Below, one piece after another: positions 1-10,315 of a DNA stretch of 64,000 nt. How positions within the stretch are numbered: position 1 is the stretch's first letter; every line of letters starts with the position of its first letter. The notes below the pieces were generated by a model. That model had not been told where the DNA came from, ran no database searches, and was given only the letters and a program-made list of their open reading frames with translations. Location of the stretch: assembly GCA_964457085.1 (NCBI GenBank), contig CAYWDM010000001.1, forward strand, positions 45,082 through 109,081, given 5' to 3'. This DNA is from an uncultured Pseudomonadales bacterium (GTDB taxonomy: Bacteria > Patescibacteriota > Microgenomatia > UBA1400 > PJMF01). The position numbers and the translations under genes are program-made.

Positions 1-2
1 TA

Positions 3-185
3 CCCGGAGTTTTGGGAAATGAATCAAGTATTATTGATGAATCTCACAGTGTGGTTGGAATCAGTGGTACTCCACAATATACCAAGCCAGTTGAGTACCA
101 AGGCTGGACTGTTCCACCGGTACTATTAACTGGTCATCACATCAACATTGCTGCTTGGAAACAAGGCCAAAAAAAGAAACTATAA
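3..185 (+). CDS. trmD: tRNA (guanine-N1)-methyltransferase, 3' end only (runs off window)
   Basis: Manual translation PGVLGNESSIIDESHS...PQYTKPVEYQGWTVPPVLLTGHHINIAAWK matches the TrmD C-terminal motifs (PGVLG, PxYTxP, VPxVLLxGxH). Confidence 0.9.
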   Translation, partial: PGVLGNESSIIDESHSVVGISGTPQYTKPVEYQGWTVPPVLLTGHHINIAAWKQGQKKKL

Positions 186-193
186 TAAAGAAT

Positions 194-216
194 GGTGATT
201 AAAACGACTAATCACC
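194..216. terminator. Possible hairpin between convergent trmD and rmlD-like genes
   Basis: GGTGATTA-7 nt-TAATCACC inverted repeat just after the trmD stop; no strong U-tract. Confidence 0.3.
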
Positions 217-329
217 TTGATAGTGAGCATAGTCGACCATACTGCGAAGTATCTTTGAAGGAAAAACATCTCTTAAAGTTTCAATTTCATTCACACAGAC
301 AGTGTATGTTGTTTTTTTGACAAAAAAAA

Positions 330-1217
330 CTATGTTTCTATTTCAGAAACTGCCTGAGTGATCGCTTTTTGCTTGAAATCCAGAATTTTTGTCAATTTTT
401 CACAATTAAGTGAAGTATTCTTTTGGTAGGGTCTATCAAGTGTAGCCAAATAAGCATTCAGATCTCCTGGCTTAACCTCATAGTCAAAACCTTTAACTTC
501 ACAAACCATTTTTGCAAAATCAAAATCTGTCCATTTTTCGCCGCTACTGGCATGGAACAATCCACTAGTGTTGGTACGCATTATAAAATCAATGACTTTA
601 GCAAAATCATTAATGTACGTAGGGCCAACATAGTGATTGGTAAATTGTGGGTATAGCTTCGAATCTTTAATACCCTGAATCACTCGATGTGCAAAATCTA
701 CCTTTGGATAGACATCAGATCGAAATGGCATATCAATTCTCAAAATCGTCCAAGGAATGGAAGATTCCATAACTGCAGATTCTGCTAATGCTTTTGTCTC
801 TCCGTACCATTCAATAGGACTCTGCACATCCTCTTCAGTGTAACTTTCCTCCTTATTACCATCGAACACATATGCGGTCGAGATATGAATCAAGTGTTTT
901 TCAGTTGCCTGACAAGCTTTAATTAAATTTTTAGTGCCATCCACATTTACTTGATACGCAACACCAGACTTGTCTCCTCGTTGTTTCCAGGCCGCGGTTA
1001 CATCAGTGAATGCTGCAAAATGAACTACATATTTGGCAGTTGGATTTGCTTCAAATCTGGCCATGATTTGATCAAACTTTGTAATATCTACCGGCATGGT
1101 TGGATGCAGGATGTCAAGATTTTCAAAGTTGTATGTTTCCCCGAAATCCGTGGCAAGTTTGGAGCCAATTAGACCATTTAAACCTGTGGTCAAGACATTT
1201 TGATTAGGAGTTGCCAT
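330..1217 (-). CDS. rmlD: dTDP-4-dehydrorhamnose reductase-like SDR
   Basis: TGxxGxIG Rossmann motif, HFAAFTDV, HISTAYVFDG, YGETK; follows rmlB. Start placed at ATG 1217, overlapping the rmlB end. Confidence 0.8.
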   Translation of the reverse strand: MATPNQNVLTTGLNGLIGSKLATDFGETYNFENLDILHPTMPVDITKFDQIMARFEANPTAKYVVHFAAFTDVTAAWKQRGDKSGVAYQVNVDGTKNLIKACQATEKHLIHISTAYVFDGNKEESYTEEDVQSPIEWYGETKALAESAVMESSIPWTILRIDMPFRSDVYPKVDFAHRVIQGIKDSKLYPQFTNHYVGPTYINDFAKVIDFIMRTNTSGLFHASSGEKWTDFDFAKMVCEVKGFDYEVKPGDLNAYLATLDRPYQKNTSLNCEKLTKILDFKQKAITQAVSEIET

Positions 1218-2220
1218 ATTTTTCCTCAAAATATTTTTTATTTGTTGCAAGCAGTGGTCGCCACCATGACTCGTGTTGTTGGTACCAAGCAATTGTTCTG
1301 GCGACACCTTCTTCCAGTGACACAGTGGGACTCCAACCTAGTTCTTGATTGATGTGTGACCAATCAACTGCATAACGAAGGTCATGACCTGGTCGATCGG
1401 TGATGAAACGGATTGCGGACTCATCCTTCTGCATCTGGCCAATTATCATTTTAGCCAAATCAATGTTTGCTACATCATGAGTCAGGCCACCGATTAAGTA
1501 GGTATGATTGAGTTTCCCTTTAGTAATAATCAAATCAATTGCATTGCAGTGATCCTGAACATACAACCAATCTCTGACATTCAACCCATCACCATAGACC
1601 GGCACAGTTTTGTCATCAATTAGATTGGTAATAGCCAAAGGAATCATTTTCTCTGGAAATTGGAATTCACCGTAGTTGTTGGAACAATTGCTAATCGAGT
1701 AGGGTAACCCATAGGTATCGCCATAGGCTCGAACTAAATGATCAGAAGCAGCTTTGCTTGCAGAATATGGACTGTGTGGGTTATATGCTGTTTCACTGTT
1801 AAACTTCTCACTACTACCAAGCTCTAAACTACCAAAGACTTCGTCGGTTGAGATATGGTGAAAACGCTTCACTTGATGCTTCAGAGCTGCTTTAAGTAAC
1901 ACATGAGTTCCAATAACATTGGTCGTCAAGAAAACCTCGGGATTGGTAATCGAGCGATCCACATGAGTCTCTGCGGCAAAATGCACCACAATATCAACAC
2001 CAGACATCAGTGAATCAACTAGTTGTGAATCAGCGATATCTCCCTCTACAAATTGATACTTTGGATTATTGGCAATAGATTCTAAGCTGGACTTGTTTCC
2101 TGCATAGGTTAACAAGTCGAGATTGATTAGTTGATCCTCTGGATGGTTTTGCAGCCAATGTAAAACAAAATTTGCACCAATAAATCCTGCTCCACCTGTT
2201 ACTAAAATTTTATTACTCAT
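1204..2220 (-). CDS. rmlB: dTDP-glucose 4,6-dehydratase
   Basis: TGGAGFIG, DLLTYAGN, HFAAETHVDRSI, HISTDEVFG, PYSASKA, NCSNNYG, DRPGHDLRY. Confidence 0.95.
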   Translation of the reverse strand: MSNKILVTGGAGFIGANFVLHWLQNHPEDQLINLDLLTYAGNKSSLESIANNPKYQFVEGDIADSQLVDSLMSGVDIVVHFAAETHVDRSITNPEVFLTTNVIGTHVLLKAALKHQVKRFHHISTDEVFGSLELGSSEKFNSETAYNPHSPYSASKAASDHLVRAYGDTYGLPYSISNCSNNYGEFQFPEKMIPLAITNLIDDKTVPVYGDGLNVRDWLYVQDHCNAIDLIITKGKLNHTYLIGGLTHDVANIDLAKMIIGQMQKDESAIRFITDRPGHDLRYAVDWSHINQELGWSPTVSLEEGVARTIAWYQQHESWWRPLLATNKKYFEEKYGNS

Positions 2221-2231
2221 ATAAAACTTCC

Positions 2232-2507
2232 TTATTGCTGTTCTTTTTCTCTGGAAACATCGATTAGTCGCTGTGTTTCTTCTCGACCTAGCTCACCTCT
2301 CACTCGAACATACATATCCTCTAACCGCTGATACTTTTTTTGCTGTGTTTCTAGGCTGCCATGATAATACCCAGCCAACAATGAAAGCACAATACAAAGT
2401 GCCAGCAAAAATCTGGTGGTGTTTTTTTGCGATAACCCAAACGGTATTAATTGTTTATTTGGCTCAGTCAAAAAGTTATTGAGTGAAGCCAAGTGATTTT
2501 TGGACAT
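2232..2507 (-). CDS. Small single-TM protein with C-terminal helical/coiled-coil segment
   Basis: Co-oriented between the LCP gene and rmlB; hydrophobic FLLALCIVLSLLAGYY followed by a charged helix. Start uncertain. Confidence 0.6.
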   Translation of the reverse strand: MSKNHLASLNNFLTEPNKQLIPFGLSQKNTTRFLLALCIVLSLLAGYYHGSLETQQKKYQRLEDMYVRVRGELGREETQRLIDVSREKEQQ

Positions 2508-3624
2508 ATGTTCGATACGTTGATGGCTCAGTTATTATATACACCCACTGCCCTTGATACTTATTTTTATTGATTGTTGGGTTATAGATAACACCAGAAT
2601 CCATGTCAATTTTTCCGCCATTTTTAGTTGCAACAGGAAGTGTTTGTTGCGTTATTTTTACTTCACTGAGTTTTGAAATAGTGTTTCCAATGCTCTTCTG
2701 CCAACCAACAGTTTCAATTCTAGATCGTGCAATACCAACTATTGTTTCAAATGGCAGTTGTTTGCTGAAATTTTGTTCATAAAAAATCCACAGTTTTGCA
2801 AGCAAGCTGGGATTTGTCAGTGTTTCTTTGTTGATAATCTTTTTGGAGAGAGCATCCAACACGAGCTGTTGTCTGATAGTTCGGGCATCATCGGTATTTT
2901 GGTTATTGTTGCCATGTCGACTACGAATGTATTGTGTTGCCTGTAAGCCACTGAGTGTCTGCTCACCGCTCTCGAACTCAACCTGTTGATAGAGTAACTT
3001 AGGGTCGTGAATCACTTTAATATCAACATCAGATCTGGGAAATGTTTTGTCAATGAATCCCACGGGGATGGTCAGCCTAATTCCTCCCAGCAAATCAATT
3101 AACTCAGCCAAGCTGGTTAAGGAAATACTCAGTGTGGAATGTATTGGAACGCCAGTGGTATCTGATAACTCCTTATGTAGTAGAGCATATGGCAAAGTTG
3201 GGTCTGCATCGTAGCCATATTGAAATAATGAGTTAATCTTTGCTTGATAGGCTTCTGACCAGAGATCTCTAGGTATAGAAAGTAAGTGGAGCTCCGCAAT
3301 TGCAGGATTAAGTGAGCCTAAAATAATAGTATCAGTCAAAACACCATCGCCTTTCCGATTGGGGAGTGAGTCAACCCCAAGCAGCAGAAAGTTAAACTTT
3401 CCATTATCCATCACTACTGGTGCATTCCAAGCAGTCTTGATTTTCTCAATCCAGAGCTGTGGTGTAGTTTTTGTCTCAACAAAAAATGGTTTTGCTGTAT
3501 TGAAAACGACAAAAACACCGATTCCTATACACAAAATAATTGGCAAAATTACCATTACCACTGCAAGCGCAGTCGACTGTATAATAATTCGCAGCCAGTT
3601 GATGGTTGGTTCTTCAGGCTTCAT
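2476..3624 (-). CDS. LytR-CpsA-Psr (LCP) family glycopolymer ligase
   Basis: N-terminal TM; NFLLLGVD, LTDTII, LSIPRDL, KINS, YIRSRH, DDARTIRQQLV motifs. Confidence 0.88.
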   Translation of the reverse strand: MKPEEPTINWLRIIIQSTALAVVMVILPIILCIGIGVFVVFNTAKPFFVETKTTPQLWIEKIKTAWNAPVVMDNGKFNFLLLGVDSLPNRKGDGVLTDTIILGSLNPAIAELHLLSIPRDLWSEAYQAKINSLFQYGYDADPTLPYALLHKELSDTTGVPIHSTLSISLTSLAELIDLLGGIRLTIPVGFIDKTFPRSDVDIKVIHDPKLLYQQVEFESGEQTLSGLQATQYIRSRHGNNNQNTDDARTIRQQLVLDALSKKIINKETLTNPSLLAKLWIFYEQNFSKQLPFETIVGIARSRIETVGWQKSIGNTISKLSEVKITQQTLPVATKNGGKIDMDSGVIYNPTINKNKYQGQWVYIITEPSTYRTYVQKSLGFTQ

Positions 3625-3666
3625 ACTTGAACATTATCGCATATTTTGACTAACAACTATAATCAC

Positions 3667-5394
3667 ATGGTGATAAAAAGAATAATCGTCGCACTAGTGT
3701 TGGGAATAGCAATTTTTGCAACAAGCTATCCATTGCTGCATGTTGGTTTCTTTAGGGTTCATGATTATACCCATGCTGCTCGTATTTCCGAAATGTCACG
3801 AGCTTTAGTTGATGGACACTTTCCAGTTCGTTGGAGTCCAAACCTTGGTTTTGGATATGGGATGCCGTTATTTAACTTTTATGCACCGCTTCCATATTAT
3901 GTTGGTTCTGCATTATATCTCTCAGGTTTCTCTATTATTGATACTATCAAACTACTATACTTTTTGAGCAATGTATTGACGATTGTTGGCACCTACAAAA
4001 TGGCAAGGTTGTATTTCGGTCGATCTGGTGCATTACTGGCAGCAGTCTTGGTTGGACTGGCACCTTATCGAGCTCTGAATCTATACATAAGAGGTGCTTT
4101 GAGTGAAACATATGGGCTGGCTTTTATACCATGGATAATTTACTCAGCAGTACTTCTACTTCGAGGGTTTAAACGTCAACTGCTGTTATTTACCCTTGCG
4201 ACTGCAAGCCTGGCACTCAGCCACAACATTTCGTTGCTCTTATCAACTCCGATCATTGGGATGTTTTTAGGCTTCGAATGGTTACACCAATTTATAGTAT
4301 CTAAAAAAATACACCTAAATCGTGTCGGCTGGTTGGCCTGGGGCTCATTCATTGCTTTACTGTTGGCAGCATTTTATGTTGTGCCAGCAATTGTTGAAAA
4401 AAACGCATCGAAACTAGACTCATACATTTTAGATTATTATTTTACCTACCAATTACATTTCCTCTATATACGACAGTTCTTCAATCATCATTGGCAATAT
4501 GGAGGCAGTGGTTGGGGACCAAATGACGATGTTAGTTTTGGATTGGGGTATGGACAATTAGCAGCAGTATTTATCTCTGGAATTCTTATTGGTGTTACCA
4601 CAATCAAAAAAATAAGAGTCCATTTTTTAAATATATTTAATTATCGATGGTTTTGGATTGCCATTGCTAGTGGTATCGGTATGCTTTTTAGCTTATTAAT
4701 GACCCTTGAGAAAACATTGTTTATTTGGCAATCACTTTCTTTTCTTAAATATGCGCAATTCCCATGGAGATGGTTGACCATTGCGGTGCCGATGCTGGCA
4801 CTATTTGGTGGAGTTTGCAGTTCGTTAATTCGCTCGAATAGACTGAGATACTTAATTGTTTTGGCACTAATTTCGTTGACCATTGCAGTCAACTTTACTT
4901 ACTTTAAGCCAAATAAATATCTTGATAATCCGCTTGACCTATATGTAGTTGAACCAAGATCAATTCGTGGAGGCATGAGTAGTATTTTGCCGGATTACAT
5001 TCCCAAGGCTATTCCCAAAAACCCAATTTCTGCTGTTGACTTAATTGCTAATACAACCGAGCTTGGAGACGCAAAAATTACGATTATTAATGATAAAGTT
5101 CAAGCAAAACTAATTAGTGTTTCAAGTAAAGATCAGCTTGCAATTAACTGGGCATTAGCGGATTTTCCAGGATGGGTCTTGGAGGTTGACGGCAAAAAAA
5201 TACCGAAAAAAGTGAGTGCCGTTGGCACTTTGATTAGTGATGTTCCACCAGGTGAACACTTAGTTGGAGCCGTACTGACTACGACTTCTGTACAATACTG
5301 GAGTCAAATTGCATCCATACTCGGATTGTTACTTTTATTAGCCACCACAAGTTTTTCCGCCAGCATCTCTCAATCACTCAATGCAAAAAAATAA
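3667..5394 (+). CDS. Polytopic GT-C-type glycosyltransferase (YfhO / PTPS-related membrane family)
   Basis: Many TM segments; HDxxxHxAR, GHFPVRWSPNL, GYGMPLFNFYAPL, QFPWRW; C-terminal soluble domain with FPGW. Paralog of 25616-27292. Confidence 0.72.
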   Translation: MVIKRIIVALVLGIAIFATSYPLLHVGFFRVHDYTHAARISEMSRALVDGHFPVRWSPNLGFGYGMPLFNFYAPLPYYVGSALYLSGFSIIDTIKLLYFLSNVLTIVGTYKMARLYFGRSGALLAAVLVGLAPYRALNLYIRGALSETYGLAFIPWIIYSAVLLLRGFKRQLLLFTLATASLALSHNISLLLSTPIIGMFLGFEWLHQFIVSKKIHLNRVGWLAWGSFIALLLAAFYVVPAIVEKNASKLDSYILDYYFTYQLHFLYIRQFFNHHWQYGGSGWGPNDDVSFGLGYGQLAAVFISGILIGVTTIKKIRVHFLNIFNYRWFWIAIASGIGMLFSLLMTLEKTLFIWQSLSFLKYAQFPWRWLTIAVPMLALFGGVCSSLIRSNRLRYLIVLALISLTIAVNFTYFKPNKYLDNPLDLYVVEPRSIRGGMSSILPDYIPKAIPKNPISAVDLIANTTELGDAKITIINDKVQAKLISVSSKDQLAINWALADFPGWVLEVDGKKIPKKVSAVGTLISDVPPGEHLVGAVLTTTSVQYWSQIASILGLLLLLATTSFSASISQSLNAKK

Positions 5395-6835
5395 CTCAAT
5401 AGCTGATGTAAAGCAAAAAACTGTGAGCGGAGTGCTTTCCTATTTCATTAGGACTGCCGTGTTACAAGCAGTAGGACTCGGAGCTGCAGCGCTACTCAGT
5501 GCTTTTTTATCGCCAGAGGACTTTGGTATTTATGGATTTGTGACGCAAATTATTGGTTTGGTTGTATTCTTTTCAGATATAGGTTTAGCAGCTGCACTGG
5601 TACAGAAGAAAGCTGAACCAACACTGCGAGAGTACAGGACAGCCTTTACTGCTCAACAAATCTTGGCATGGTTAATTGTTGGTGTAATCGGTGGGCTTGT
5701 CGGAAGTGGAGTATTACACCAAAAAATTGGCACAGCTGGAGAATGGGTATTACTCAGTTTAGCAATCTCTTTTCCACTGGCGAGCTTGAAAACAATTCCG
5801 TCAATTATTTTAGAAAGAAAACTAGATTTTAATAAATTAGTGCTGCCACAGATTGTTGAACAATTAGTATTCAACTTTTTATTAGTTTGGTTGGCTTGGA
5901 AAGGGTATGGAGTTAGTTCATTTGCAGTTGCAATTATTGCTCGATCGCTACTCGGGGTTTTGGCCATGTCTTTCATCCAACCCTGGGCAATTGGGTTTGA
6001 TTGGGAAAAATCTTCCCTCAAAAATTTATTACATTTTGGCCTTAAATTTCAGCTGAACGACTTCTTAGCAAGAATTAAAGATCAATTATTTTTTCTGGCC
6101 CTTGGGTGGTATCTGCCACTGCGAGACTTTGGATACATGCAGTGGGCAAAAAATTGGTCTATGTACCCATACAATTTAACTGTACAAAATATCATGGCCG
6201 TGACATTTCCAACTTTTTCAAGACTTCAAGATGATAAGTATTTACTCAAAAGGGCAATTGAAAAATCCATCTTCTTTATTTCAGTTGCAATTTTTCCATT
6301 GCTCGTCGGTATGGCAATTTTCTTACAGCCAATTATTGAATTGATTCCTAAATATGGGAAATGGCAGCCAGCTATCTTCAGTTTTGTGCTGTTTACACTG
6401 GGCATTGGCTGGTCAGCGATTTCCACACCACTCGTAAACACCCTAAATGCCATAGGCAAGATCAATCAAAGTCTTAAATTAATGGTTTTATGGACTATTT
6501 TGACCTGGATTTTGACACCAATTCTTGTCTGGAAATTTGGATTTAATGGAGTGGCGATCAGTTCTTTCGTCATCTCCTTCACCTCGTTCCTGCCAATTAT
6601 TATGGTTCAAAAAATTGTTCCTGTTCAAATTTGGGCCCAGGTTAAGCTACCACTCCTATCTGCAATTTGCATGGCTATTGTCGGAGTAGTAGGACTTAAT
6701 CACTGGTCACAAAGTTTTGTTACCTTAGGTCAAGGCGTCGTTTTCTGCACTGCCACATACGCAGCTACACTATTTGTTTTCGGCAAACAAAAAATAACTG
6801 CCGAAATTGCTTCACTATGGACAAAGAAAAAGTAA
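5381..6835 (+). CDS. wzx: Wzx-like oligosaccharide flippase (MOP/PST family)
   Basis: LSPEDFGIYG, SDIGLAAALVQK, LERKLDF, VTFPTFSRLQDD; about 12-14 TM. Confidence 0.85.
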   Translation: MQKNNSIADVKQKTVSGVLSYFIRTAVLQAVGLGAAALLSAFLSPEDFGIYGFVTQIIGLVVFFSDIGLAAALVQKKAEPTLREYRTAFTAQQILAWLIVGVIGGLVGSGVLHQKIGTAGEWVLLSLAISFPLASLKTIPSIILERKLDFNKLVLPQIVEQLVFNFLLVWLAWKGYGVSSFAVAIIARSLLGVLAMSFIQPWAIGFDWEKSSLKNLLHFGLKFQLNDFLARIKDQLFFLALGWYLPLRDFGYMQWAKNWSMYPYNLTVQNIMAVTFPTFSRLQDDKYLLKRAIEKSIFFISVAIFPLLVGMAIFLQPIIELIPKYGKWQPAIFSFVLFTLGIGWSAISTPLVNTLNAIGKINQSLKLMVLWTILTWILTPILVWKFGFNGVAISSFVISFTSFLPIIMVQKIVPVQIWAQVKLPLLSAICMAIVGVVGLNHWSQSFVTLGQGVVFCTATYAATLFVFGKQKITAEIASLWTKKK

Positions 6836-8370
6836 TTTTTTTTTGGAAACGCTGGTGGCTGTTGATTATACTCATTGCAACGTTGTTGATTAGACTACCT
6901 TGGTTTTTGACTGCAACAATTCCCTTCAACTTTGACCATGGTAAAGACTCATTGGCAGTGATGCACATGGTCCTAACATACTCACCAAAGTTTATTGGTC
7001 CATGGACCAGTATTCCCGGTTTGTACTTTGGACCAGCTTGGTACTACTGGCTAGCTCCCTGGTACTTAGTCGGTGGTTTTAATCCGGTTTGGGGTGCAGT
7101 AGCGATGTGGGCGACCTCCATACTGGTAATTTGGTTAGTTAAAAAAGAGTTTGGCTGGTTGCCAGCACTGATTGTAGGCACTGCACCAACGTGGCTCACC
7201 ATTAGTTTTAGTGCCTGGAATCCTTTTCCAATGCCATTAATTAGTCTCTTGATGCTGATTGGAATCGAACATTTGCGACAAACAAGTGTCTTAGAAGTAA
7301 ATGGTAAACATTGGCGTTGGTGGGCACTAATTGGGCTAGCTGCCGGACTAGGATTTCATTTTTCAACTGCCTATGCGGTATTTTTTCCAATAATAATTAT
7401 TGCTTCTTTAGTTTTTTACCAGATTCGTTCAACATTCAGCCAGCTAGTAGTTTTAATTGCCTGTTTTGTGCTCATGTTTGTGCCTCAAATCTTTTTTGAA
7501 GTAAAAAACAATTTCTTAGAAACACGGGGAGTCATTAGATATATCACCACAGGGGATGGTCAAGCCAAAAGCACTGACACGCTGATAGCCGTAGCAATTA
7601 AAACGTTAGATGAGTTGAAATTGGGTGTACTTCCTGATGTTTGGATGAATAATTCTATGGCAACTGCAGTTATTGCAGCCATCTCGACTGTACTGCTACT
7701 TTTAGCAATTTTTTGGTCAGTTTATAAACACAAAGAGTGGGGTAGATGGTGGTTTGAAGTAGTGATCTGGATCGGACTACCTGTAGTAGGATTTACAATC
7801 CTCCACTACAACATTTGGTATGTTTTGGGGATGTTGCCGGTGGCTGTACTCTTTGTAGCGGATAAAATCCAGCGGTTGCCAAAGTTCCTCATCACCTTAT
7901 TTGTGGTACTGTCGTTACTCACCCCGATCACTAAGATTTGGAGATTTGTCGCTGAAGACCAGGTAAGACTCAGCCAAAGTCGACAACTATTGCCAATCAA
8001 GCTAGAGACCATCAAGAAAATTAGAGAGTTGGCTGGAAACAGACCATTCTCTGTCTATCACTATGTGCCTGACATCTATGACTTCACTTACCAATATTTA
8101 TATTTTTATCAGGCATATCAGGGAAAAATGCTCCCTGTCGAGTTTAACTATCAACCTAATTCTCCGACATATATCAGTGAGAAAGCAGAATTGCTACAGT
8201 TTTTTTCAAAAAGAGTTGATAACAGACAGCCTGAAGTAGTTTTTTATGTTGTGGAGAAACCAGATAATCAAAATTTTCTTAAGTCCTGGTGGGGTATGCA
8301 GCGTTTTTCTAAAATTGAGTCAGAATATCAATTGAGCGATGAAGTCACAATCTACACCGCGACACCATAG
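6817..8370 (+). CDS. GT-C-type membrane glycosyltransferase (ArnT/PMT-like)
   Basis: LIRLPW-x-FNFDHGKD first-loop acidic motif, IGPWTS, GPAWYY, WNP; about 11 TM plus a C-terminal soluble domain. Confidence 0.7.
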   Translation: MDKEKVIFFWKRWWLLIILIATLLIRLPWFLTATIPFNFDHGKDSLAVMHMVLTYSPKFIGPWTSIPGLYFGPAWYYWLAPWYLVGGFNPVWGAVAMWATSILVIWLVKKEFGWLPALIVGTAPTWLTISFSAWNPFPMPLISLLMLIGIEHLRQTSVLEVNGKHWRWWALIGLAAGLGFHFSTAYAVFFPIIIIASLVFYQIRSTFSQLVVLIACFVLMFVPQIFFEVKNNFLETRGVIRYITTGDGQAKSTDTLIAVAIKTLDELKLGVLPDVWMNNSMATAVIAAISTVLLLLAIFWSVYKHKEWGRWWFEVVIWIGLPVVGFTILHYNIWYVLGMLPVAVLFVADKIQRLPKFLITLFVVLSLLTPITKIWRFVAEDQVRLSQSRQLLPIKLETIKKIRELAGNRPFSVYHYVPDIYDFTYQYLYFYQAYQGKMLPVEFNYQPNSPTYISEKAELLQFFSKRVDNRQPEVVFYVVEKPDNQNFLKSWWGMQRFSKIESEYQLSDEVTIYTATP

Positions 8371-8426
8371 TACTATTTGATTAAGACTTATCTTCACATC
8401 TGAAGTGATGTACACTGAATTTACTC

Positions 8427-9371
8427 ATGTCAGTCAAGTTATCAGTAGTCATAAATGTAAAAAACAATGCCAAAGAATTGGCAGTTTGTTTACAATCCGT
8501 AGCTTTTGCGGACGAAATTGTGGTGGTAGATATGGAGAGTACTGATGACTCAGTAAAAGTTGCCAAAAATGCAGGAGCAAAGCTTTTTGAACATCAGGAT
8601 GTTGGCTATGCAGACCCAGCGAGAAACTTTGCCATCTCTAAAGCAACAAATGCGTGGATTTTAGTCGTTGATGCAGATGAGGTAATTCCAGCACAGTTAG
8701 CTCAAGTTATTACCAAAACTATCTCAAATCAAAGTGGTGACGTGTACTGGTTACCAAGAACAAACATGATTTTTGGCATCTGGGCAGAACATGCTGGTTG
8801 GTGGCCAGATTTTCAACCGAGGTTGTTTAGAAAAGGACAGGTTTCTTGGGAAGTTGGAGTGCACCGTCTGCCAACTATTACAGGCCAACAAGTATATTTT
8901 GCAGCAGATCCAAATTGTGCAATCATGCACCATAACTACACTAGCGTTGACCACTATGTATCGAAATTAAATCGATACACCAGCATCCAAGCAACTGAGA
9001 GACCTCAGAAAAAAACCTCAGAATTTTCTGGTGCTGACTTAGTCAATGTCTTTAGAGCAGAATTTCTCTCGAGATTCTTTAAAGAAAAAGGCTTGCTGGG
9101 TAACGTTCAAGGTGTTGGACTCTCGTTTTTACAATCATTTTATGAAATTGTTATTACTTTAAAAATGTGGGAATTGCGAAAAGTTGTCGATGAAAGTGCT
9201 GGATCAGCTATTAGAAGGAGTGAGCCATCTGCTGCAGAAGTTACAGAGACGCTCGGAGCAGTGTCAAAACTGAGTAGTGAGTTACGGTACTGGATCGCAG
9301 AAACAGAAGTTAATAGATCAAGCGGACTGAGAAAAATAGTCTGGCAACTACGAAGAAAGTTTCGTATTTAA
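8427..9371 (+). CDS. GT2 glycosyltransferase (WaaE/LgtF-like)
   Basis: LSVVINVKN, VVDMESTD, VDADE, WWPDFQPRLFRKG. Confidence 0.9.
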   Translation: MSVKLSVVINVKNNAKELAVCLQSVAFADEIVVVDMESTDDSVKVAKNAGAKLFEHQDVGYADPARNFAISKATNAWILVVDADEVIPAQLAQVITKTISNQSGDVYWLPRTNMIFGIWAEHAGWWPDFQPRLFRKGQVSWEVGVHRLPTITGQQVYFAADPNCAIMHHNYTSVDHYVSKLNRYTSIQATERPQKKTSEFSGADLVNVFRAEFLSRFFKEKGLLGNVQGVGLSFLQSFYEIVITLKMWELRKVVDESAGSAIRRSEPSAAEVTETLGAVSKLSSELRYWIAETEVNRSSGLRKIVWQLRRKFRI

Positions 9372-9394
9372 CCGAGTACGATATACTATCAACC

Positions 9395-10309
9395 ATGGAT
9401 TTAATCACAATTATCATTGTTAATTACAACACACCAAAAGATACTAAGGATTGTCTGTTGTCGCTGGGTGCCGTTAAAACTAATGGCTTCAAGTTCAATG
9501 TGATTATTGTTGACAATGGCTCCAAAGAAATACTTGAGCTCAAAGACAACCCAAAATACCCCAACTTTGAACTAATTCGTAGTGAATCTAATCTTGGTTT
9601 CACTGGTGGCAATAACTTAGGCATGAGTTATGGCGTAAAAAATTATCAATCCGACTATTTTTTACTGCTCAACTCTGACACTATTGTTGACCCTGATTTT
9701 TTAACACAGCTCTATCGACCATTGCAGTCAGATCCACAGGCTGGCATAGCTGGTTCAAAGATTTATTTTCATCGCGGTTTTGAGTTCCATGCAAAAAGCT
9801 ACCGCCAGGATCAGAAACATCAAGTACTCTGGTTTGCTGGTGGTAATGTAGATTGGCAAAATCTGGTTTCATTCCATCAAGGTGTAGACGAGGTTGATCG
9901 GGGACAATTTGACAGCCAAACTGAGTGCGACTTTATCACTGGGTGTTGTCTATTAATCAAACGAGAAATGATTGAACGTGTTGGCATTTTAGACAAGAAA
10001 TTCTTTTTATATTCAGAAGATGTTGACTACTCACTGCGGGTGGCAAAAGCTGGGTATAAAATACTGTTTTGTCCTAAGTCGATTATCTGGCATAAAATAG
10101 GACGTAGTAGTGGTGGAGCTGGATCAAAACTACAACAGTATTACCAAACTAGAAATCGTTTATTGCTCACCTTTAGACACGGCAATTTCCGTAGCAAATT
10201 ACTCGCTCTTAAACTGATTTGGGAATGGGTGATGCATGGTCAAGGTGGTGAACAACAAGGTGTTTGGGATTTTTTGTTAGGCAGACTTGGAAAACAAACG
10301 GTACTTTAG
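9395..10309 (+). CDS. GT2 glycosyltransferase (WbbL/rhamnosyltransferase-like)
   Basis: IIVNYN, VDNGS, NLGFTGGNN, LLNSD, GCCLL, FFLYSEDVD. Confidence 0.9.
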   Translation: MDLITIIIVNYNTPKDTKDCLLSLGAVKTNGFKFNVIIVDNGSKEILELKDNPKYPNFELIRSESNLGFTGGNNLGMSYGVKNYQSDYFLLLNSDTIVDPDFLTQLYRPLQSDPQAGIAGSKIYFHRGFEFHAKSYRQDQKHQVLWFAGGNVDWQNLVSFHQGVDEVDRGQFDSQTECDFITGCCLLIKREMIERVGILDKKFFLYSEDVDYSLRVAKAGYKILFCPKSIIWHKIGRSSGGAGSKLQQYYQTRNRLLLTFRHGNFRSKLLALKLIWEWVMHGQGGEQQGVWDFLLGRLGKQTVL

Positions 10310-10315
10310 GAATTA

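Noticed and set aside
192-320. 42-codon ORF (MVIKTTNHLDSE...) in the trmD-rmlD gap
   Set aside because: No recognisable motif or start signal; overlaps a probable terminator region.
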